Assembly (NCBI GenBank): GCA_964482075.1
Contig: CAYZVU010000001.1
Location: 343 to 64,342, forward strand
Origin: Candidatus Woesearchaeota archaeon
GTDB lineage: Archaea > Nanobdellota > Nanobdellia > Pacearchaeales > GW2011-AR1
Reading direction: 5' to 3'
Length of the DNA: 64,000 nucleotides
The notes below the pieces were generated by a model. That model was not told where the DNA came from, made no database searches, and was given only the letters and a program-made list of their open reading frames with translations. The position numbers were made by a program, and so were the translations under genes. Positions 47,791 through 56,278 of this stretch are shown here, piece after piece; within the stretch, counting starts at the first letter, position 1, and each line of letters begins with the position of its first letter.

Positions 47791-48210
47791 ATGGCAATTG
47801 AAACAAAATATAAAAAAATTATAACTTCAGGTAAGAGAAAGCGAGCAGTTGCAAGAGCTGTAATTATTGGGGGAACTGGTAAAGTTAAGATTCATAATAA
47901 AGATTATAATCACTTACAAATGTTTGATAAACTTAAAATTCAAGAACCACTTAAAATCGCAGAACATGTCTTGGGGAAAATTGATTTTAATGTTGATATT
48001 ACTGTAAAGGGCGGTGGAGAAAAAGGCCAAATTGATGCTGCAAGAACTGCTTTAGCAAGAGCAATTGTTGAATTTTCAAAATCTCAAGAACTTGAAAAAT
48101 CTTTTTTAGAATATGATAGAAATCTTTTAATCGCAGATGTTCGAAGGAAAGAAGCTTACAAGCCAGGAGATTCTAAGGCGAGAGCGAAGAGACAAAGTTC
48201 TAAGAGATAG
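47791..48210 (+). CDS. rps9: Ribosomal protein S9
   Basis: S9 family with the basic C-terminus ...KPGDSKARAKRQSSKR. Confidence 0.9.
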   Translation: MAIETKYKKIITSGKRKRAVARAVIIGGTGKVKIHNKDYNHLQMFDKLKIQEPLKIAEHVLGKIDFNVDITVKGGGEKGQIDAARTALARAIVEFSKSQELEKSFLEYDRNLLIADVRRKEAYKPGDSKARAKRQSSKR

Positions 48211-48212
48211 TT

Positions 48213-48569
48213 TTATTTTCCATAAGGAGTTAATAATTTTTTTGACGTTTCCCAATATAAATTTTTACAAACAGGTCTTCCATGCCCCATATAACATCTA
48301 TGACTTTCAACTTCTTCAACACATAAATATTTATTATGAGCATTACAAAAAATTCTATCTTGAGTGGCCAATCTTAATATTTTAATTCTTCTTTTCGCAA
48401 TTCTTTTTTGAGTTTGCGTTGAATTAAAATTATTTTTTAATTTTGGGTCAATTATTTCAACTAATTTTGATTCTTTAGGTTTATTCTTTTTCCTAATCCC
48501 AATTTGAATTGGCTTTGTTTTTTCTTGAGGGACTGTTTTTTTCGGTTTTTTACCTCTCGCCATTAAAAT
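48213..48569 (-). CDS. Hypothetical basic protein with C-terminal Cys/His cluster
   Basis: The likely start is MARGKKPKK (internal Met at ~48569), because the track's longer N-terminus runs through a promoter-like repeat. The C-terminus reads CNAHNKYLC...HRCYMGHGRPVC. Confidence 0.35.
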   Translation of the reverse strand: MLMARGKKPKKTVPQEKTKPIQIGIRKKNKPKESKLVEIIDPKLKNNFNSTQTQKRIAKRRIKILRLATQDRIFCNAHNKYLCVEEVESHRCYMGHGRPVCKNLYWETSKKLLTPYGK

Positions 48570-48614
48570 TTTTAATATTAAAATAATATAAAAGATTATT
48601 GGTGTTTGAAATAA

Positions 48615-48656
48615 TTTCAAAAACATTTATAAATTGGAAATCTATTTAATTATATG
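48615..48656. repeat. 42-bp promoter/5'UTR direct repeat, copy 1
   Basis: tttcaaaaacatttataaattggaaatctatttaattatatg is identical at 49161-49202. It contains a TATA-like TTTATAAA element and ends in an ATG start codon. Confidence 0.85.
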
Positions 48657-48881
48657 GTTAAAAAAATACAAGGCAAATCAAAAAAGAAGGTTAATTGGTT
48701 AGCTGCATTATTACTTTCAATATTTTTAGGTGGACTTGGCGTGGATAGATTTATTATGGGACAAGTTGGAATTGGAATTTTAAAATTAATTACTTTCGGA
48801 GGTTGTGGAATTTGGGCACTTATTGATATAATCCTAATTGCCACAAAACACGAATTTGATGGTGTTGAATGGGAATTTTAA
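48654..48881 (+). CDS. TM2 domain-containing membrane protein
   Basis: WLAALLLSIFLGGLGVDRFIMGQ...GGCGIWALIDII is a TM2 domain, two helices with the conserved DRF motif. Confidence 0.6.
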   Translation: MVKKIQGKSKKKVNWLAALLLSIFLGGLGVDRFIMGQVGIGILKLITFGGCGIWALIDIILIATKHEFDGVEWEF

Positions 48882-49195
48882 AGAACTTTTCTTCAAAAAT
48901 ATTCACATTAAGTTATCCAAAATATAGATTTTTTGTTTTTTTAATTGTTTTAATTTTATTATTTATAATTCCTGTTGAAGTTTTAGAAAATTCTCCTAAT
49001 CTTTCAATTTGTTCAAGAATTTTAGGGGATAAATGTTATTCTGTTGGGATTACCCGAGGAGTTTCAAGTTTACTCAAGGGAAATTTTTCACAAGCATTAG
49101 AATATAATTTTCTTAGCTTTGGTGTTTTATTTATTTTAATTTGTTTTATTATGCATGATTTTTCAAAAACATTTATAAATTGGAAATCTATTTAA
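48869..49195 (+). CDS. Hypothetical membrane protein (108 aa)
   Basis: 2-3 TM helices; the 3' end coincides with one copy of the 42-bp repeat. Confidence 0.35.
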   Translation: MGILKNFSSKIFTLSYPKYRFFVFLIVLILLFIIPVEVLENSPNLSICSRILGDKCYSVGITRGVSSLLKGNFSQALEYNFLSFGVLFILICFIMHDFSKTFINWKSI

Positions 49196-49202
49196 TTATA
49201 TG
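49161..49202. repeat. 42-bp promoter/5'UTR direct repeat, copy 2
   Basis: See copy 1. Confidence 0.85.
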
Positions 49203-49475
49203 AGTGAAAGAGTAGAAATATTAATGCGTGTTGTTGTTGCAATTGTTACTGGAGTTATTCTTAGTGTTTGGAAATGGCTTATTCTTGCACTAGGAGTTAT
49301 TAATTGGATTTTCACTTTATTTGCTGGGCGAAGATTAAAAGATCTCGCAGATTTATGTGAAGTTTGGAACACTCAGACGTATATATTTATTAGATATATG
49401 ACTTTAATTACAAATGAAAGACCCTTCCCATTTAGAAGCTTAACAAAAAATATTAGTAAATTTAGTAAGAAATAA
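49200..49475 (+). CDS. Hypothetical membrane protein (91 aa)
   Basis: Two TM helices; preceded by the second copy of the 42-bp promoter-like repeat. Confidence 0.4.
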   Translation: MSERVEILMRVVVAIVTGVILSVWKWLILALGVINWIFTLFAGRRLKDLADLCEVWNTQTYIFIRYMTLITNERPFPFRSLTKNISKFSKK

Positions 49476-49605
49476 TTTTTATTTTTTCTTCATTAGTTCT
49501 CTTTGATTTAATAACATTAAAATTACTGCAGGAATTATAAAAAGCCAATCAATTGTGAATGCTAAAGCTAAACAAACTAATGCAATTATGGAGAATAAAA
49601 CTACT

Positions 49606-50385
49606 TTAGGATTTTTCATTGGGTTTTCCTATTTTTTCTAGTTTATTTTGAACGTGATTAAATAATGTTGAGGAAAGTAATGGTTGGTGATTCCCGGGAT
49701 GAATTTGCCCGTCAAATTTGATTTTCCCTAAATAAGTCTGGTTTTTTAGAATCTTTTTCACACCATTTACTGAAAAGCCAAACTTTTTTGAAAGCTGAGT
49801 TAAACTAATTGTTGAATTCAGAAATTCTTGAAAAATTTCCTGAACTTGGTAAGAATGCTCGGCAGGGATAAGCTTTTTCTCTTCTAATCTATACCCAAAT
49901 GGAGCCCTAGTAACTACATCTCCATCTCTTGCCTTTTTATCCATTGCAAACTTTGTTCGTTCCCCAGTCACATTTCTCTCAAATTCTGCGAAAGCAGAAA
50001 TTATATGAAACATTAATTTTCCTGAGGCAGATGTAGTTTCAATTTTATCTTGCAATGAAATAAAATCTATATCCCATTCTTTTAGCTTTTCAATTGTTTC
50101 AATCAAATCTTTTAGTGATCTTGAGAACCTATCCAATTTGTAAATAAAGATTGCTTGGAATTTTCTGAGTTCTGCATCTTCTAAAAGTTGCGTCATTTCA
50201 GGTCTTCCTTTGATATCTTTTGCAGATTTTCCCTCCTCTCTGTAAATTTTTGAAATTTCGTATCCTAAAGCCTTTGCATAATTTTGTAGGGCCTCTTCTT
50301 GGGCTGCGAGAGAAATCCCATGCCTTACTTGCTCTTCTGTTGAAACACGGATATATATTACTGCTTTTGGTTTTTGGTCTATCAT
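49606..50385 (-). CDS. Serine recombinase (resolvase/invertase family)
   Basis: Catalytic N-terminus AVIYIRVSTEEQVRHGISL...Q (Ser nucleophile), a resolvase core (DRFSRS, KLMFHIISAFAEFER), and a C-terminal HTH-like tail. Confidence 0.85.
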   Translation of the reverse strand: MIDQKPKAVIYIRVSTEEQVRHGISLAAQEEALQNYAKALGYEISKIYREEGKSAKDIKGRPEMTQLLEDAELRKFQAIFIYKLDRFSRSLKDLIETIEKLKEWDIDFISLQDKIETTSASGKLMFHIISAFAEFERNVTGERTKFAMDKKARDGDVVTRAPFGYRLEEKKLIPAEHSYQVQEIFQEFLNSTISLTQLSKKFGFSVNGVKKILKNQTYLGKIKFDGQIHPGNHQPLLSSTLFNHVQNKLEKIGKPNEKS

Positions 50386-50510
50386 TTTCCTCTTTTATAT
50401 AGAAAGGCGTGCACTAAGGTTTATAAAACTATAGTTCACGTTCTCTTAGGATGCCCTTGGTGCACACATTATACACTGAGAATAGAGGTTTTTGGGATTT
50501 AGAGAAAAAT

Positions 50511-50807
50511 TTATCCTAAAGCTTCTATTTCTTGTTCTAAAAGTTGGGCATAATAACCCAAGGCAGTATAAATATTTCCTTCTCCCGGCTCAAAAGTCCT
50601 CTTTAATCTAAATTGTAACTGAGTTAAATAATTGCTATGTGAAACCATTGAATCTGGCCCAGTAATTTTTATTAAAGGTAGAAGCATATTTAATGGACTT
50701 TTTTGAGCTAATTTTTTCTGAAGATCCGAAATCTTCCCCCTTGCTAAGTCAAATGCCACCTCTACATTTGTCTCTGCAAGATTTCCCCATTCTATTGGAT
50801 AACTCAT
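50511..50807 (-). CDS. Hypothetical protein (98 aa)
   Basis: Clean ORF next to the recombinase; no motif recognised. Confidence 0.35.
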   Translation of the reverse strand: MSYPIEWGNLAETNVEVAFDLARGKISDLQKKLAQKSPLNMLLPLIKITGPDSMVSHSNYLTQLQFRLKRTFEPGEGNIYTALGYYAQLLEQEIEALG

Positions 50808-50854
50808 GAAAAAAGATAATTTTATTCTTTTTAAAAATATATATCTTAAACCAG

Positions 50855-50922
50855 GTAAATTTTTTGGTAATTTTATTGTGGCCTGCCGGCCTTGTGCACT
50901 TAGGTTGCCTTAGTTATTATAT
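50855..50922. repeat. 68-bp direct repeat copy A with GC-rich near-palindrome GGCCTGCCGGCC
   Basis: gtaaattttttggtaattttattgtggcctgccggccttgtgcacttaggttgccttagttatta recurs at 51447-51514 with 2 mismatches. Confidence 0.8.
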
Positions 50923-50967
50923 TTTAGAAGATATATAAAAATATAAAAGAATCTAATTTAACTTTGT

Positions 50968-51450
50968 ATGATTAATCCAGAAATTATATCTCTTGGAAAT
51001 GCTGGAAAAATAATAAGAATAATCCCAAATAAAGAAAGTGTTTTTCAAGAAAAGGCTTGGAGAGTATTTATGGGATTAAACCCCGAATGGGTCTATAGAG
51101 CTATGAAAATTGATCAGGGAAAAGTGAAGGATGAATTTAAAAGAAGGGGTTATGAATGGAGAAATTCTGCTAATTATTCTGAGGATTATTGTGCAGCAGA
51201 GGAAGGGGAAAGTGAAGAGTTTTTTACTTTTAGAAAAAATCATGGGGGATTGGCAAAAGCAATCCTACAAATTTGCATGGACCCTGAAGAAGATTTAGAC
51301 TTTTTATTTAAAATATTAAAATACCCAATATATGCTAGAGTTATCTATCTTGATTATAATGAAACTAATATGGACACCCCAAAACAACAAATGGAATTAA
51401 TCTCACTCTGTAAAGAGTATATTGAAATAATTGATGTCTTGATGGAGTAA
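50968..51450 (+). CDS. Hypothetical protein (160 aa) flanked by 68-bp direct repeats
   Basis: Clean ORF bounded exactly by the two repeat copies; no motif recognised. Confidence 0.4.
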   Translation: MINPEIISLGNAGKIIRIIPNKESVFQEKAWRVFMGLNPEWVYRAMKIDQGKVKDEFKRRGYEWRNSANYSEDYCAAEEGESEEFFTFRKNHGGLAKAILQICMDPEEDLDFLFKILKYPIYARVIYLDYNETNMDTPKQQMELISLCKEYIEIIDVLME

Positions 51451-51514
51451 ATTTTTTGGTAATTTTATTGTGGCCTGCAGGCCTTGTGCACTTAGGTTGC
51501 CTTAGTTATTAGAT
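51447..51514. repeat. 68-bp direct repeat copy B with perfect palindrome GGCCTGCAGGCC
   Basis: See copy A. In this copy the 12-bp core is a perfect palindrome. Confidence 0.8.
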
Positions 51515-51526
51515 GTTTAAGGGGTT

Positions 51527-51800
51527 TTCTTTATTTTAAGGTGTTTGGACAGGCTGTTTGTTTGTTTTATCGACGGGAATATTAACTTAAACAAACAGCT
51601 GTTTGAATTAAATTTATCTGCTTTTTGGCTGTTTAAAGGTGTTTGTGAGTGTTTGGACAGGCTGTTTGTCTGTTTTTTTTCTGACAAACAGCTGTTTTTT
51701 AGGGTATTTTTATTAATTTTTAGTAGTAATTTTTTAATTTTATCGACGAGGGAAAAAAGATATCCACGACGTAAACAAAACATTTTTAAACAATGTTTTG
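51527..51800. promoter_or_regulatory. Iteron/palindrome array (plasmid-origin-like or operator region)
   Basis: 2x GTTTGGACAGGCTGTTTGT (51543, 51651), 2x perfect palindrome AAACAGCTGTTT (51593, 51686), 2x AAGGTGTTTG and 2x TTTATCGACG, all in ~270 bp upstream of the wHTH gene. Confidence 0.55.
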
Positions 51801-51810
51801 CAGATTATAT

Positions 51811-52411
51811 TATGTTTGGTTGGTTTAATAAAAAAAAAGATGTGGAAGAAGTAAGAGAAGAAACAAAAAAAGGTTTTGAAGCAGTTAAAAAAGATATTGT
51901 TTCTGTTAGTGGCTGGATCAAACACCTTGATTCTGAGAAAAAAATACAAAAAAAGGAGTTACAAGACATAAAAGAAGTTTTATCGACGATTCAAATAGAA
52001 ATGGATGGGCTAAAAAATGTACTTTCTTTGATGAATGAGTTAAATCCTAAACAGGTGTTTAAAACACCTAAGAGGGTGTCCAACAAACAAACAGCTGTTT
52101 ATGCTGTTCAAACAGGTGTTCAAACAGGTGTTCAAACACCAAATTTAGGCCAATTTTCAATTACTGAAAGAGCAATAATAAGCATCTTATTAAACACAGA
52201 TTTAAAGCTAAGTTATGATGATTTAGGAGCAATGCTTGGAAAAGAAAGATCTACTATAAGAGGCCAAATAAACTCAATAAAACAGAAAAGTGAGATTATT
52301 TCTGAAAAAATAGAGAAAAATGGTAAAAAGAGGGTGTATATAGAGGAAGATATAAAGGAAAAAATACTCAAAAAGTCGAAAGTGAGAGTTAATAGTGCTA
52401 AAAAAAATTGA
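51811..52411 (+). CDS. Coiled-coil + winged-helix (wHTH) DNA-binding protein with internal VQTG x3 repeat
   Basis: Start MFGWFNKKK at the ATG at 51811. Upstream of this the track ORF runs through the iteron array and was rejected. The protein has an N-terminal coiled coil and a C-terminal wHTH-like domain (ITERAIISILLNTDLKLSYDDLGAMLGKERSTIRGQINSIKQK). It contains a (gttcaaacaggt)x3 repeat at 52106-52140 and an AAACAGCTGTTT palindrome at 52089-52100. Confidence 0.5.
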
Positions 52412-52631
52412 AAAAGGTGAAATAAAATAAAAAAAGTTGTTTTTAAATTCTAAAAGTGAGAGTTTTAAACAATAAAAAAGAGTCAGACTCTCTAAAAAGA
52501 GTGTATTAAGGGTAATATCTAAAAAAAGATATAAAAAAGAACAAAAAAAGGGATTAATATCAACTTAAAGTGAGGATAAAAACAAGTTGATAATAGTTTA
52601 AACTATTTATTCGGTTAGGGGAATAACTTAC

Positions 52632-53288
<657 letters not shown>

Positions 53289-53346
53289 TTATTAAATAAA
53301 ATTTAGAAGTATAAAAACTTTCAGATGATAAAACATATCTTTTTGG

Positions 53347-53613
53347 TTATTGTCTATTCTTATATGCAGTATAAGTCTCTTCACTTAATGCCCATCTAGC
53401 CCTTCGAAGATATTGTTTTCCTTTGGGATTTTTATTAATTTTTTTAATTAATTTTTTTGAATTTAAATCAATTAATAATTTTTTAATAAATTCTTCATCT
53501 CTAGCTAACTCTCTTGCTATATGTGATGTAAAAATTGGTTTAGGGGAGATTAAGAATAATGTGGCTAAAATTTGTTCAGATATCTTATCTTTTTTTTCTT
53601 TAGAAATTTTCAT
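53347..53613 (-). CDS. Small wHTH transcriptional regulator-like protein (88 aa)
   Basis: TSHIARELARDEEFIKKLLIDLNSKKLIKKI resembles a MarR/PadR-type recognition helix plus wing. Confidence 0.4.
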   Translation of the reverse strand: MKISKEKKDKISEQILATLFLISPKPIFTSHIARELARDEEFIKKLLIDLNSKKLIKKINKNPKGKQYLRRARWALSEETYTAYKNRQ

Positions 53614-53649
53614 GAATTAAAGAAGTTATTCGGTTTTAAAAAAGTATGT

Positions 53650-54066
53650 CTATTCTTTTTTTTCTGGTGCCTTAAGTGTGGGAAAAGGCACATGATATGG
53701 AAGGTTCATTTCATCTTCTAATTGAAGCGCCTTTATATTGGCTTTTCTAATAATTAAATTAAATAAAGTAATTTTAAAATCATCTTCTAATTCTTTATCC
53801 TTCCACTGTTTTAATACCTCTCTTGATACCTTTGCCTCAACTTCGATCGCTATTGCTCCTGAAAGCTCTATTTTTGCTATTTCTGGTGAATATTCAATAG
53901 TATATTTGAATTTTATTTCTAATAATTCCCCTTTTGGTTTGAAAAACCCAGAATTTGGAGAATTTATTTCAGATATGTCTATACTTGTGTTAATTTTTGT
54001 TTCTCTTGTCGCAGGAGAAAATTTTTCTACACTAATTTTATTAAAACTAAATCCTATTAATTTCAT
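53650..54066 (-). CDS. Hypothetical protein (138 aa)
   Basis: Clean ORF; no motif recognised. Confidence 0.4.
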   Translation of the reverse strand: MKLIGFSFNKISVEKFSPATRETKINTSIDISEINSPNSGFFKPKGELLEIKFKYTIEYSPEIAKIELSGAIAIEVEAKVSREVLKQWKDKELEDDFKITLFNLIIRKANIKALQLEDEMNLPYHVPFPTLKAPEKKE

Positions 54067-54159
54067 TTTAATATTAAAAAAAACTTGTTTTTAAAGATTT
54101 ATATTAATTATTAAATAGGTTTTAAAGAAGAATATTTAAATTAAGTAGAAAGAATGGCT

Positions 54160-54417
54160 TTAAACAAGATCTTCTTCAGAGATAACTAAAAAGTCGCTTA
54201 TAGAGATTATTGCACTATGTGGGACTAATAATTCATTAGTTGATATTTTCTCTAAATTAAGGTTTTTTGTATAAGGTGTCGCATCTTTTAATAAAACGTT
54301 TATTAATTCCCCTGAATTTGTTTCAAATGTTATGTCTTTAACAAACCCCAGTCTCTTACCTTCCTTTGTTACAACCATCTTTCCTATTAAACTATTAAAA
54401 GAATTTTTATCTTGCAT
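54160..54417 (-). CDS. PRC-barrel domain protein
   Basis: SLIGKMVVTKEGKRLGFVKDITFETNSGELINVLLKD shows the PRC-barrel pattern and parallels the 36912 ORF. Confidence 0.4.
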   Translation of the reverse strand: MQDKNSFNSLIGKMVVTKEGKRLGFVKDITFETNSGELINVLLKDATPYTKNLNLEKISTNELLVPHSAIISISDFLVISEEDLV

Positions 54418-54507
54418 GATAAATCCAGAAGAAAATAATTTATAAACTTTTCTGTGAATTTATATAGAGTTAAAAGACTCTATGATTGATGATTTTTGGA
54501 CTTTTTG

Positions 54508-55052
54508 AGTGTGTGTCCCCATGATTTCCTATAGAAGTATTTATAAATAAAAATTTTGTTTTTTTTTATTTTTATTTTATTTATATTATTATATATATTA
54601 TAGTATATATATTATATATTATATATAAAATTTAATATTTTTAGATTTTTTTATTAATTTTTTTATTAAAAATATTTTATTTTTATTTTTTAAAAATTAG
54701 ATTTTTTTATTAGATTATATTTATAATTAAATTAAATTATAAATTTTATTTTATTATAAAAAATAAATATAATAATATAAATATTAAGTTAATTTATAGA
54801 TTTAAGGTAATTTTTTAATTTAAATAATATTTAAAAATAATTTTTTAATAAATATCTTAATATAATTCTTTTTTTCCATTGGAAATGTTGGTGTTCTTAT
54901 TTTTTAGTGATTATAATCTTTTATATAATAAATTTTGTTTTTTTCGTTGGGTTATAATTTGTATAACATTTTTCCATAGGAAATCATACTGTGAGAGATT
55001 ATATATTTCATATAACCTAAGAGTTTAAATATGAAACAAAATTTAATTTAAA
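54508..55052. promoter_or_regulatory. oriC: Chromosomal replication origin (oriC): AT-rich DUE flanked by inverted ORB-like dyads, immediately upstream of orc1/cdc6
   Basis: About 320 bp (54540-54860) of essentially 100% A+T with ATATAT runs. Two direct-oriented dyads sit on the orc1 side: TTTTCCATTGGAAAT (54873-54887) and TTTTCCATAGGAAATCAT (54971-54988). An inverted half-copy CATGATTTCCTATAG sits on the far side (54512-54526). Confidence 0.75.
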
Positions 55053-56264
55053 ATGGGGTCGGATCTAGATAATATTTTTGAATCTTTTGATAAAAATAGA
55101 ATTTTTCAAGATAAAATTATTTTACAAGTTCATCATCAACCAGATGAAATTATTCATCGAGGGGATCAGATAAATCAAATTGCATCTATTCTTGCGCCTG
55201 TTTTGAGAGGAGAGAAGCCAAGTAATCTTTTTTTATATGGTAAAACTGGAACAGGAAAAACATTATCTATACAAAAAGTTAAAGAGGAACTTTTGAAAAG
55301 AATGAAACCTGCTGCAGATTTTAAATTGAGGGTGGAATATTTAAATTGTAAATTAAAGAAAGTTTCTGATACAGAATATAGGATTTTGGCAGAGCTTATT
55401 CGAAAGATGGGTGGGATGGTTCCTGCAACTGGGCTTCCTACAGAATCTGTTTATAATAAATTTATAGATATTATTGATAATGAGAAACAAATTGTTGTTT
55501 TGATTTTAGATGAGATTGATCAAACTGTGAAGAAAATTTCAGATAGTTTTCTTTATAATCTTACCAGGTTAAATTCCGAGCTTTCTAAAACTCAGATTTG
55601 TTTAGTTGGGATTAGTAATAATTTAACTTTTTTAGATGAGATTGATCCTCGTGTTAGAAGTTCTTTATCTGAAGAGGAGATTATTTTTCCTCCATATAAT
55701 GCTTTGCAGTTGCAGGAAATTTTGAGTAAGAGGGCTGAGGTTGCCTTTAGAAAGGGTGTATTGCAAGAGGGTGTTATTGCAAAGTGCTCTGCCTTTGCGG
55801 CTCGTGAACATGGGGATGCGAGAAGGGCTTTGGATTTATTGAGGATAGCTGGGGAGTTGGCTGAAAGAAATGATTCTAAAAAAGTTTTATTAAAACATAT
55901 TGATGAAGCAAATAGTAAATTAGAGAGAGATAAAATTTTAGATATTATTCGTACTGAGCCCAAACAGTTTCAGTTGGTTCTTTATTCTATAATGAGATTA
56001 TTAGAAGAAAGTAAAGAAGAGGCAATTTTTACAGGAGATGTTTATAATCATTATCAAGATTTATGTAAAAAGAATAATTGTGAGGTTTTGACTCAAAGGA
56101 GAATGAGTGATATTCTTCAAGAATTTGATATGTTGGGGATAATTAATGTTCGTATTATTTCAAAGGGTCGTGGGGGGAGAATGAGGGAAATTAGGTTGGC
56201 GATTGCGAAAAATCTTGTTGTTCAGGCAAAAAAAATAATTGAAGATTCTTTAAATTATAATTGA
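55053..56264 (+). CDS. orc1: Orc1/Cdc6 replication initiator
   Basis: AAA+ Walker A LFLYGKTGTGKT, Walker B VLILDEID, sensor motifs and a C-terminal winged helix. Confidence 0.9.
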   Translation: MGSDLDNIFESFDKNRIFQDKIILQVHHQPDEIIHRGDQINQIASILAPVLRGEKPSNLFLYGKTGTGKTLSIQKVKEELLKRMKPAADFKLRVEYLNCKLKKVSDTEYRILAELIRKMGGMVPATGLPTESVYNKFIDIIDNEKQIVVLILDEIDQTVKKISDSFLYNLTRLNSELSKTQICLVGISNNLTFLDEIDPRVRSSLSEEEIIFPPYNALQLQEILSKRAEVAFRKGVLQEGVIAKCSAFAAREHGDARRALDLLRIAGELAERNDSKKVLLKHIDEANSKLERDKILDIIRTEPKQFQLVLYSIMRLLEESKEEAIFTGDVYNHYQDLCKKNNCEVLTQRRMSDILQEFDMLGIINVRIISKGRGGRMREIRLAIAKNLVVQAKKIIEDSLNYN

Positions 56265-56278
56265 ATCTTTGTTTTAAA

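Noticed and set aside
51545-51810. 5' part of track ORF 51545-52411 (MDRLFVCFIDGNINLNKQLFELNLSAFWLFKGVCECLDRLFVCFF...).
   Set aside because: It runs through the iteron/palindrome array. The duplicated peptide segments (DRLFVCF twice) simply mirror the DNA repeats. The start was reassigned to the Met at 51811.
54540-54860. The pure A+T tract, considered as a possible assembly artefact or degraded gene.
   Set aside because: It is bracketed by inverted ORB-like dyads and followed directly by orc1/cdc6. This is exactly the expected origin architecture, so I interpret it as the DUE.
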